Assembly (NCBI GenBank): GCA_046583365.1
Contig: JAYGCL010000079.1
Span: 17,508 to 81,507, forward strand
DNA length: 64,000 nucleotides
Reading direction: 5' to 3'
Source of the DNA: Deltaproteobacteria bacterium
Lineage (GTDB): Bacteria; Desulfobacterota; Binatia; UBA1149; CAYXZP01
Under the pieces are notes generated by a model. The model made no database searches and had not been told where the DNA came from. It saw only the letters and a list, made by a program, of their open reading frames with translations. The position numbers and the translations under genes are program-made. This document shows, in pieces, positions 48,930 to 57,167 of this stretch. The first letter of the stretch is position 1, and each line of letters begins with the position of its first letter.

Positions 48930-49673
48930 CTACAACAGACCTGGGCGGATGCCGTTTTTTACCGCCTCGGAATAAATCGAAGTCATCTCGTCGGCCGTGG
49001 GCAGGCTCGGCCCGGAGCTCCAGGCCACGCGCCCACGGTGCAGGACGAAAGCGAGGTCGGATACGGCCAGGGCACGGGTGAAATCGTGGCTGGCCAATAC
49101 CATGGTGGTGCCCTCATCTTTGAGCTCGCCAAGCATGGCGGTAAGCGAAGCGGCGCCGTCCGGGTCGAGTCCGGTAAAGGGCTCATCGAGCAGTAGTAGC
49201 TCGGGGCGATGCAAGACCGCACGGGCCAACGATAGCCGTTGCAGCATGCCGCGGGAGTAGGTGCGTACGGGCCTTTGCGATACTTGCTCCAGTCCTACCC
49301 TGGATAGCATCGAGCTTACACGCCCGTTGCTGCCGTTGCCGAGACCGTAAAGATCGGCGTAGTAGTCGAGGTTCTCACGTGCGCTGAGGTCGGCGTAGAG
49401 CCAACACTCGTGGGCGAGCATGCCGATGCGGCGTCTGAGAGCGGCACTGGCGGGCAGACGTTGCCCGAAAATTTTAACGCTGCCACTGCTGGGCGTACAC
49501 AGGCCGGCCAGAATTTTAAGAAGGGTGGTTTTACCGGCGCCGTTGGAGCCGAAGATGGCGGCCGTTTGTCCGCGGGGTATTTCTAAACTGAGGCCGGACA
49601 GCGCAAACACACTACCGTAACGCCGCTCCAGTGCATTGGCCGTTACCGCCGCCTGTACGTCTAAGCCTGCCAT
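48930..49673 (-). CDS. ccmA: Cytochrome c biogenesis ABC transporter ATPase
   Basis: Walker A GSNGAGKTT, signature LSRGMLQRLSLA, and Walker B LLLLDEP. Confidence 0.8.
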   Translation of the reverse strand: MAGLDVQAAVTANALERRYGSVFALSGLSLEIPRGQTAAIFGSNGAGKTTLLKILAGLCTPSSGSVKIFGQRLPASAALRRRIGMLAHECWLYADLSARENLDYYADLYGLGNGSNGRVSSMLSRVGLEQVSQRPVRTYSRGMLQRLSLARAVLHRPELLLLDEPFTGLDPDGAASLTAMLGELKDEGTTMVLASHDFTRALAVSDLAFVLHRGRVAWSSGPSLPTADEMTSIYSEAVKNGIRPGLL

Positions 49674-50929
49674 CTGCGTCCTCTCTCTGTCAGCAGCCAG
49701 GCGGCGGCGTAGACCATGTGGTTTACCAGGGCTGCCGCCAACAGGAACAGGTCGAATCTGGCTACCAGAGCAGCCAGCAAGAGCCCGTAGGCGGTGCCCT
49801 CACGGTTGGCAAAGCGTGAGGCCGGGGGGTCGGGGGCCACCTGGTAGAGACGCCCGGCGGCGCGCAACGCCCACAGCCTCGCCAGTACCCTGCTGTGGGC
49901 CAGCCAGGCGCTGACGAGCAGGCCCACGGCGGCTACCGCGGCCGCCAGGGTCGTGCCGGTAGCCGTGGCCAGAGCCCAGAGCAAAGCCAGGTGTAGAATG
50001 ATGTCACTGGCAAAGTCGGCTTTTTCTCCTTGTGAACTGTCGCGAAGGGTGGCACGGGCCAACTGAGAGGCCACGCCGTCGAGCACCTGGGAAAAGAAGA
50101 ACGCCACGGCGCCGACCAGTCCGGCCATATAGCCGCCGCCGGCCAACACCCAGGCCGAGGCCAGGCCCAGGGCGACCTTTGCCGCGCATACGTGCATGGG
50201 AACCACGCGGGTGCCGGCAAGGCGGCGCGTTATCGGAATCGAGATGCGTTTTTGTACAAAACCAAGTTCGGGTCCGGCCGCGTTTGTATGCGTACGGCCG
50301 AAGAGTTTTGTTTCGGCGCGTTCGACCGCGACGTTGTCGCTCAGGCGGTGGCGTTGGCTTACATCCAACGTGAAAACAGCGGCTTCCCGTCCACACGCCC
50401 GGTTGATAATCTCGCCCGAGGCGTTGTCGGCCAGGTCGTCTATGAGGCGGCGTAGTTGTTTGACCGGGAGTCTGGCCAGGGGAGCCACCTCGCGGTTGCG
50501 TTCCTTGAAGCGGGCCACGGCCCGGCCGTCGGTTTCTTCGACGAACTCCATGGTGGCCCGCGGCGATATGTACCAGTCGGCGGCCACGACGAGGACCAGG
50601 TCGTCGTTGCCGCCGGCCTGGTCACCGAGAGTATCGGCGGGCATAGAGCGGGCCCGGCCGTCGAGTTCGCCGGCAATCTCGGCACCCAGGGCCCGCATGG
50701 AAGGCGGGAACAGCACCATGGGTTCCAGCCCCAGCTTGATGGCTGTGGCAACATGACGGCCCACGGCGGTCATGCCGCCAATGCGCGACACCGCGGTGCG
50801 TCCGGTTACGAGCAAGACGATGGGGTCTCGTCTGGCCCGTCCAAGGGGGGGGGGAAGTTCCACCTCTATCCTTATAACGACACCGCCTTCTAGTTTCGAC
50901 CCCGATTGCGCCGGCTTGTCCGCAACCAC
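49661..50929 (-). CDS. Bifunctional-like protein: N-terminal nucleotidyltransferase-like domain fused to a C-terminal CDP-alcohol phosphotransferase membrane domain (IPCT/DIPPS-like architecture)
   Basis: The N-terminal half has an LLVTG-RTAVSRIGG and LARLPV pattern like inositol-1-phosphate cytidylyltransferase. The C-terminal half has TM helices with VLDGVASQLARAT...GEKADFASD (a CDP-OH phosphotransferase-like motif). Confidence 0.5.
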   Translation of the reverse strand: MVADKPAQSGSKLEGGVVIRIEVELPPPLGRARRDPIVLLVTGRTAVSRIGGMTAVGRHVATAIKLGLEPMVLFPPSMRALGAEIAGELDGRARSMPADTLGDQAGGNDDLVLVVAADWYISPRATMEFVEETDGRAVARFKERNREVAPLARLPVKQLRRLIDDLADNASGEIINRACGREAAVFTLDVSQRHRLSDNVAVERAETKLFGRTHTNAAGPELGFVQKRISIPITRRLAGTRVVPMHVCAAKVALGLASAWVLAGGGYMAGLVGAVAFFFSQVLDGVASQLARATLRDSSQGEKADFASDIILHLALLWALATATGTTLAAAVAAVGLLVSAWLAHSRVLARLWALRAAGRLYQVAPDPPASRFANREGTAYGLLLAALVARFDLFLLAAALVNHMVYAAAWLLTERGRRWQA

Positions 50930-50967
50930 CTTGATACGGTCCGGCCAGTCTGAAAGTCTGCGGTCCC

Positions 50968-51975
50968 ATGCCGAGACTTCTTGCCAACTGGCGCGAAATT
51001 ATTGCCACCCAGAACCTGTCGGCCGGCCGTCAGATGGACGGCGTTTCCCGTTGGTTGCTCATCACTCGCGCCAGCGTGTTCCCCATGACCCTTATTTCCG
51101 GGCTCATAGGCGGTCTGCTGGCGGCCGGCCAACCCGACGTCGACGTGGACTGGGCAAGCTTTGCTCTGGCCCTGGCCGGGCTGCTGGTCGCGCATGCAGC
51201 CAACAACATGATCAACGACTACTTCGACCTCGAGGCCGGGGTCGACAGCCCCGGCTATACCAGGACTCTATACGCCCCGCACCCGATTCTATCCGGCCTG
51301 ATATCGCGCAAAGGTCTGTTGGCGGCCATTGCCGTTTTTAACGCAGTCAACCTGGCCATTCTCGTCTATCTCACGTCCCTGCGCGGTGCGGGCGTGGTGG
51401 CCTTTGCCCTTGCCGGCCTCGCGATCAGTGTCTTCTACGTGGCGCCGCCTCTGCGGCTCAAACACCATGGCTTCGGGGAGCCGGGGGTGGCGGTGGTGTG
51501 GGGGCCTTTGATGATAGGTGGCACTTACCTGGTTGCTACCGGCCAGATGCAGGCCTGGGTGGTAGCGGCCAGCCTGCCCTACGCAATGCTGGTCAGCTCG
51601 GTGCTGTTTGGCAAACACATAGACAAACTTGAGGCCGACCGCGACAAGGAGATCCACACCCTGCCGGTCCTCCTCGGCCACGACCGTGCCATTGCAGCCA
51701 CCCGGATCCTCATGATTGGCTTCTATGCCGCCGTTGCATTGCTGGTCGGTGCCGGGGTGTTCGGGGTGTGGACCTTGGTGGTTTTCTTTTCCCTGCCCCG
51801 CTTGCGCAGCACGCTTGAAACCTTGCGCCAACCCAAACCTGAGGTTGCCCCGGCCGGCTACCCCCTGTGGCCGCTCTGGTATGTCGCCTGGGCTTTTCGT
51901 TTGAACCGTCTGAGCGGGGGACTGTTGGTGGCCGGGCTGGCCGCGAACGTGTTCTACCCCCTTTACGTTTTTTAA
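50968..51975 (+). CDS. UbiA-family aromatic prenyltransferase (MenA-like)
   Basis: NNMINDYFDLEAGVD Asp-rich motif and about 8 TM helices. Confidence 0.7.
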   Translation: MPRLLANWREIIATQNLSAGRQMDGVSRWLLITRASVFPMTLISGLIGGLLAAGQPDVDVDWASFALALAGLLVAHAANNMINDYFDLEAGVDSPGYTRTLYAPHPILSGLISRKGLLAAIAVFNAVNLAILVYLTSLRGAGVVAFALAGLAISVFYVAPPLRLKHHGFGEPGVAVVWGPLMIGGTYLVATGQMQAWVVAASLPYAMLVSSVLFGKHIDKLEADRDKEIHTLPVLLGHDRAIAATRILMIGFYAAVALLVGAGVFGVWTLVVFFSLPRLRSTLETLRQPKPEVAPAGYPLWPLWYVAWAFRLNRLSGGLLVAGLAANVFYPLYVF

Positions 51976-52035
51976 ACGTTTTTGTTGCGTATATGTCCGG
52001 ACTCTAATCAAGTTGCCTGGAGGGAGAGCAAAACA

Positions 52036-53223
52036 GTGAAAGAAGCAGTCGTAGTATCCAGCGTTCGTACCGGATTGGCCAAGTCCTATCGTGGCGGGTT
52101 TAACAACACACGTCCCGACGACACCTGTAGCCTGGTCATAGACGAGGCCTTGAAGCGCGTCCCCGCGCTTGAGCGGTCGGAGGTGGAAGACGTGGTGATA
52201 GGCTGCGGATTTCCCGAAGGCCCCCAGGGTATGAACGTGGCGCGTGTGGCCGCCCTTGGCGCGGGCCTTCCCGAGACCGTAGCGGCGACCACCGTCAACC
52301 GTTTCTGTTCTTCCGGCCTTCAGGCCATCGCCATGGCGGCCCACCAGATTATCGCCGAGGGAGCCCAGGCCGCCATAGGTGGCGGCACCGAGTCCATCAC
52401 CATGGGGCAGGGGCAGATGAATGTGAACGGCATGATCAACGATAGCCTGCAAAAGAAATGGCCCGGCGTCTACATGGGCATGGGCGAGACGGCCGAGGTT
52501 GTGGCCGAGCGTTACGGTATTTCGCGCCAGGACCAGGACGAGTTCGGGTTGCGCAGCCAGCAACGCTACGCAGCCGCCGTTGACAGCGGCTACCTCGCCG
52601 ATGAGATCGTGCCGATGGAGGTCAAGTGGGCCAAAAAGGACCGCGCTACAGGCGAGACCTCTATAGTTGATCACGTTGTTGACAGTGATGAGTGCAACCG
52701 CCCCGATACAACCCTGGAAGGGTTGGCCTCGCTGGCCCCGGTGTTCAGGCCCGACGGTGGTACGGTGACCGCGGGCAACGCCAGTCAGATGAGCGATGGG
52801 GCCTCGGCCACCGTGCTGATGTCGAGCGCACGTGCGGGCCAGCTTGGTATTGAGCCGATGGGCGTATTCCGTGGTTTTGCGGTGGCTGGCTGCAAACCCG
52901 AGGAAATGGGCATAGGCCCGGTGTTTGCCATTCCCAAGTTGCTGGCGAGGCACGGGCTGAAAATTGAGGACATCGACATAGTCGAACTCAACGAGGCCTT
53001 CGCTTCTCAGGCCCTCTACTGCATGCGCAAACTCGGTATCAGCGACGAACAGGTAAACCCCAACGGTGGTTCCATCGCCATTGGCCATCCCTACGGGATG
53101 ACCGGCTCGCGCATGGTCGGACATCTTTTGCGAGAACTCGGCCGTCGCAAGCAACGCTACGGTATTGTGACCATGTGTATAGGCGGCGGCCAGGGCATGG
53201 CGGCCTTGTTCGAGGCCTGCTGA
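52036..53223 (+). CDS. Acetyl-CoA C-acyltransferase (thiolase)
   Basis: Active-site Cys in [12 protein letters not shown]-terminal [10 protein letters not shown] and CIGGGQG. GTG start at 52036 after RBS GGAGGGAG. Confidence 0.85.
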   Translation: MKEAVVVSSVRTGLAKSYRGGFNNTRPDDTCSLVIDEALKRVPALERSEVEDVVIGCGFPEGPQGMNVARVAALGAGLPETVAATTVNRFCSSGLQAIAMAAHQIIAEGAQAAIGGGTESITMGQGQMNVNGMINDSLQKKWPGVYMGMGETAEVVAERYGISRQDQDEFGLRSQQRYAAAVDSGYLADEIVPMEVKWAKKDRATGETSIVDHVVDSDECNRPDTTLEGLASLAPVFRPDGGTVTAGNASQMSDGASATVLMSSARAGQLGIEPMGVFRGFAVAGCKPEEMGIGPVFAIPKLLARHGLKIEDIDIVELNEAFASQALYCMRKLGISDEQVNPNGGSIAIGHPYGMTGSRMVGHLLRELGRRKQRYGIVTMCIGGGQGMAALFEAC

Positions 53224-53258
53224 GCCAGCGGAGATAGGTGCTGTCGAGGCCTGGGGTT

Positions 53259-53885
53259 TCAGGCCGAAGGGGGGCGGCGTCCCGAGCTTTTGCCCGTCCC
53301 TTGGGCGGCCTCGTGCTCAAGCAGCCAGCGCTTTATGCCGATCCCGCCCGCGTAGCCGGTTAGCCGGCCGTCCGAGCCGATCACCCTGTGGCAGGGAACG
53401 ATGATGGGCAGAGGGTTGGCGGCCTGGGCGGCGCCAACCGCGCGCATGGCCCGTTCGCGTTGAATACGGCGGGCGATGTCCATGTAACTCCTGGTCTCTC
53501 CATAGGGGATTGTCGCTACTTCTCTCCACACGGCGGTTTGGAAAGCCGTGCCCATCAGATGAAGGGGGACGGAAAAGCGACGCCGCCGGGAAGAGAAATA
53601 CTCCTCAAACTCGCCGGCGGCCTGTTTCAGCAGAGGGCTGATACCCTGGCGGTGTTCGCAATCGGGAAAGTGCAAAGCCAACCACACGTCAAGGTGTGTG
53701 GTGGCTCCCTTGCCAGGTAACTCCACCCTCACCAGACCGCGCGAGGTGGCTGCCAGGTGCAGCCGGCCTATGGGAGAGGCAAGGGGCAGGACTAAAATGG
53801 TCCGGTTCTTCTCAACTTCCGGCTTTGCTCTTTTAGCGCCCGCTGCCACAGGCTCGGCTATACGCCCATTGCCAGACACCCGCAA
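53259..53885 (-). CDS. ogt: Methylated-DNA-protein-cysteine methyltransferase
   Basis: IPCHRVIGSDGRLTGYAGG active-site motif. The N-terminal extent is uncertain. Confidence 0.75.
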   Translation of the reverse strand: MRVSGNGRIAEPVAAGAKRAKPEVEKNRTILVLPLASPIGRLHLAATSRGLVRVELPGKGATTHLDVWLALHFPDCEHRQGISPLLKQAAGEFEEYFSSRRRRFSVPLHLMGTAFQTAVWREVATIPYGETRSYMDIARRIQRERAMRAVGAAQAANPLPIIVPCHRVIGSDGRLTGYAGGIGIKRWLLEHEAAQGTGKSSGRRPPSA

Positions 53886-53947
53886 AGTGCTGTGGCCACC
53901 GGTACGCCAAAGGTGCGCGACCTGGTGCTGTCAGCTACAACATAGGG

Positions 53948-54385
53948 GTGGGTGCGGATAGCCAGAGCGGGGGCCGGCGTTGTGTGGCGGTAGTGGGGAC
54001 GCAGAGCCCCCAGCGCAGCCTGACGCTTGAGTCCCTGTTGCGCAGCTGTATCGAGGAGCACGGTTGGGGCCAGCGGCTCAGCGTTGTGGGTGCCGGACTG
54101 GGCCCGGGGGCCGGTGACGCCGGCGGCAGAACCTGTACAGACCTTGAAGAGAGCCCCGAATTGCTCGAGTCGGTCGACCTGATTCTGGTGGGAGACCCCG
54201 AGCAGGCCGACTACCTGCTCGAATGGCCGCAGGCCGAGGGCAAGGATATCGTGGCCATTGGCGAGGGCGGCGGGGGGGAGTCGGACCACGGAATTCTGTA
54301 CGACCCGCAGTCGTCGGATGAAGAGTTTGTAGAGGCTGCCCGTCGGGCTATGTCCGACGTGTTGCGGCGGGTGATATCGGCTTAG
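53948..54385 (+). CDS. Hypothetical protein, possible Rossmann-like/CoA-binding-type fold
   Basis: Alternating beta-alpha pattern (VAVVGTQSP...VVGAG...DLILVGDPEQA...DIVAIGEG). No confident family assignment. Confidence 0.3.
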   Translation: MGADSQSGGRRCVAVVGTQSPQRSLTLESLLRSCIEEHGWGQRLSVVGAGLGPGAGDAGGRTCTDLEESPELLESVDLILVGDPEQADYLLEWPQAEGKDIVAIGEGGGGESDHGILYDPQSSDEEFVEAARRAMSDVLRRVISA

Positions 54386-54388
54386 GGG

Positions 54389-54847
54389 TCAGACCTCAAT
54401 AAGGCGAAACCCGACTTCGGCCTTGAGTTTGTCTATAAATGCGTCTTCGGTGGCAAAGCGCAAAAGGGAGCGGCGTCTTTTTTCCATCACTACGACTGCG
54501 GGTCTCTGCGTGCTGAGAGCCTCGGCCGTTTGCTGTGCGTAGTCCCCACGCCGTACTTCCGAGCTGACCGTGACCCCTTGGCGCTGCGCTTCACTGAGGA
54601 TATCCTGGGCCTGGTCGAGGGCCAGTTGCTCATGCCTTTTGTAAAGCGAGTCGAGAAACCCTTCCGACGGTCGTGTCCCGATCTGGCCGGAATCGGCGAA
54701 CTGTTCGGCTACTCTGCGGGGGATGGCACGGTCGAGAACCGAGAGGATTACGAGTTCCTGGGCGGAGGACTTGGCCGTTGCGATGGCTTCCTTTATCACT
54801 GCCCTGTGCAAGCGTACGCTGCTGAGAATCAGCACCACCGAGGCCAT
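54389..54847 (-). CDS. Universal stress protein-like
   Basis: The N-terminal beta-alpha pattern VVLILSSVRLHRAVIKEAIATAK...LVILSVLD resembles the Usp fold. The C-terminus is less canonical. Confidence 0.4.
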   Translation of the reverse strand: MASVVLILSSVRLHRAVIKEAIATAKSSAQELVILSVLDRAIPRRVAEQFADSGQIGTRPSEGFLDSLYKRHEQLALDQAQDILSEAQRQGVTVSSEVRRGDYAQQTAEALSTQRPAVVVMEKRRRSLLRFATEDAFIDKLKAEVGFRLIEV

Positions 54848-54901
54848 GGGCCGAACCTATCACCTCACAAGCCCGGACGGCAATCGGGGGGGACGAGAAG
54901 G

Positions 54902-55747
54902 TGGGGGATCGCCCTCGGGTTTGCCATTCTATTGCAGTTTGGACCTTGCTTTGCGGCAACCGCCGTTGCCGAGGTCGAGGAGTGGGAACTGGCGCAAATA
55001 CCCGAACCCTCAGGGGTCGTCTACCACCCCATCCGCAACACCCTCTTTGTGGTAGGCGACGAGGGGCATATAGCCGAGGTCTCGATTTCCGGGGACTTGC
55101 TGAAATCGAAAAATATAGGCGGTGATCTCGAAGCCGTGACCTGTGATCCCGTCAGCGGACTCATCTACACTGTTCGCGAAGGACACGAGACGATTTTTGA
55201 AATACGTCCGGATGATTTCAAGATCCTGCGTCGTTTTACTATCGACCGCAGCTATGCCGGCAACGCAAATTTTCTTGAGCGGGGTGGCGACGGCATAGAG
55301 GGGCTCACCTTCAAGCCCGAGGCCGACCACGCCGAGGGCGGACGCTTTTTCGTCGTCAATCAGAACGACCCGCCTCTGCTGCTGGAAATTTCGGTCCCCA
55401 TACGCAGTTCCAAAGAGCGCTTTGAGATTGCCGAAATCGTTGGGGTCGCAAAAACCGGGTCTGGACCACTGTCGGGACTGTTCTGGGATGAGGAAACCAA
55501 CGTCTTCCTGGTCCTGTCATCGTTGTGGCGCTCGGTATACATTCTCGATGCCGGGCTTGGCTATCGTCGAACGGTCAAGGTCCCCGGTATCATGCTGGAG
55601 GGTATTACGCGGCTTCCCGACGGCTCCATAGTCATGGCCCAGGACACCGGCGGGCTGATACGATGGACGCCACCTGCAAACCCGTTCATGATCGCGGATG
55701 AAGATGAGCAAGAAGGCCGGCAGGAAAAACGCCAGGGCGAAGACTGA
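54902..55747 (+). CDS. SdiA-regulated/YjiK-like beta-propeller protein. The start codon is unresolved: there is no canonical in-frame start, and a G7 tract lies immediately upstream.
   Basis: Signal-like RRWGIALGFAILLQFGPCFAATAVA, then IPEPSGVVYHPIRNTLFVVGDEG (SdiA-regulated family signature), then repeated DGIEGLTF-type blades. Confidence 0.5.
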   Translation, partial: WGIALGFAILLQFGPCFAATAVAEVEEWELAQIPEPSGVVYHPIRNTLFVVGDEGHIAEVSISGDLLKSKNIGGDLEAVTCDPVSGLIYTVREGHETIFEIRPDDFKILRRFTIDRSYAGNANFLERGGDGIEGLTFKPEADHAEGGRFFVVNQNDPPLLLEISVPIRSSKERFEIAEIVGVAKTGSGPLSGLFWDEETNVFLVLSSLWRSVYILDAGLGYRRTVKVPGIMLEGITRLPDGSIVMAQDTGGLIRWTPPANPFMIADEDEQEGRQEKRQGED

Positions 55748-57164
55748 CACGGGTAAGGGCGGCCACCGGTTGGCTGTTGTCGTCCTGGCCGCTGGCCTCG
55801 GCAAGCGCATGCGCTCGCAGCGTGCCAAGGTTTTGCACGAGATTGCCGGGCGTCCCCTGCTCTCCCACGTTCTGTCGGCCGTAGGCCGCCTGTCCACCGA
55901 GCGTTGTGTGACGGTGGTGGGTTACCAGGCCGACCAGGTCGGCGCCCTGGCTGCCGAGCATGGGACCATCTGTGCATTGCAGTCGGAACAACTCGGTACC
56001 GGCCATGCCGTAGCGCAGGCCAGGTCGGCGCTTGGCAGGTTTCGTGGCGACTTGCTGGTGCTGGTGGGCGATGCTCCGCTGATAACCACCTCTACTTTGC
56101 GTATGCTTGTTTCCGGCCACCGCCGGCGTGGGGCCCTGGCAACCGTACTGACAACATTTGCGGAAAACCCGGACGGCTACGGTCGCATAGTACGCGACGA
56201 TGAAGGGGGCATAAGGATCGTCGAGCACCGCGACGCCAGCCGCACGCAACGGGAGATCGATGAGGTCAATACCGGCATTTATTGTTTCGATTCGACTTTT
56301 CTATTCCGGTCCCTCGCCTCCCTGGACCGCGACAACGTCCAGGGAGAGTATTATCTCACCGATGTCATGGCCGCGGCCTCGCACCGAGGCAAGGCCGGGT
56401 CGGTGGTTGTAGAGGATGAATGCGAGGCCCTGGGTGTGGACTCACGTCTGGGACTTGCCCGTGCCGAAGCGTTGATGCAGGAGCGTTTGATTCTGGGGTG
56501 GATGGAAAAGGGAGTGACCTTTCTCGACCCTTCTTCAGTATATCTGTCGGCCGATACCACAATAGGACGCGACGCCAGGGTAGGGCCGGGTCTGAGGACC
56601 CGGGGGGCCACGAAAATCGGCCGCGGGGTGGTCATAGACGGCAACGCCTATCTGGCCGATACCAGTGTGGGCTCCGGCAGCCACGTGCGTTGGGGAGTGG
56701 TGGCCGATGGTGCCCGCATCGGCCGCAACGCGAGGGTAGGTCCGTACAGCCATCTGCGGCCCGAGGCCGACCTCGGAGACGAGGTCCATGTCGGCAATTT
56801 TGTCGAAATTAAAAATTCCACAATCGGACGGGGTTCCAAGGCTAACCACCTCGCTTATATAGGGGATGCCAGTGTTGGCCGTGGTGTAAACGTCGGTGCC
56901 GGCACCATAACGTGCAACTACGATGGTTTTGCCAAGCACCGCACGGTCATCGAAGACGGTGTGCAGATTGGCAGTGACACCCAGCTTGTCGCCCCAGTTC
57001 GCCTTGGCCGTGGCAGCTATGTGGCCGCCGGTTCCACGGTGACTTCGGATGTGGAAGCCGATGCCCTGGTCTTTAACGATAAGCGGCAGCGGGTACGTCC
57101 GGGTTGGGCCCGCCGTTTCCGCCAACGGGCCGGCGGCACCGACGCCAAGGGAAAGAAAAAGTAG
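55698..57164 (+). CDS. glmU: Bifunctional UDP-N-acetylglucosamine pyrophosphorylase/glucosamine-1-phosphate N-acetyltransferase
   Basis: N-terminal LAAGLGKRM nucleotidyltransferase motif and C-terminal left-handed beta-helix hexapeptide repeats. The real start is probably downstream of 55698. Confidence 0.85.
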   Translation: MKMSKKAGRKNARAKTDTGKGGHRLAVVVLAAGLGKRMRSQRAKVLHEIAGRPLLSHVLSAVGRLSTERCVTVVGYQADQVGALAAEHGTICALQSEQLGTGHAVAQARSALGRFRGDLLVLVGDAPLITTSTLRMLVSGHRRRGALATVLTTFAENPDGYGRIVRDDEGGIRIVEHRDASRTQREIDEVNTGIYCFDSTFLFRSLASLDRDNVQGEYYLTDVMAAASHRGKAGSVVVEDECEALGVDSRLGLARAEALMQERLILGWMEKGVTFLDPSSVYLSADTTIGRDARVGPGLRTRGATKIGRGVVIDGNAYLADTSVGSGSHVRWGVVADGARIGRNARVGPYSHLRPEADLGDEVHVGNFVEIKNSTIGRGSKANHLAYIGDASVGRGVNVGAGTITCNYDGFAKHRTVIEDGVQIGSDTQLVAPVRLGRGSYVAAGSTVTSDVEADALVFNDKRQRVRPGWARRFRQRAGGTDAKGKKK

Positions 57165-57167
57165 GCT

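Noticed and set aside
51289-53154. 621-aa ORF on the minus strand
   Set aside because: It lies antisense to the well-supported thiolase and UbiA genes. Its composition is Gly/His/Arg-rich low complexity typical of the antisense frame of high-GC coding DNA, with no domain signature.
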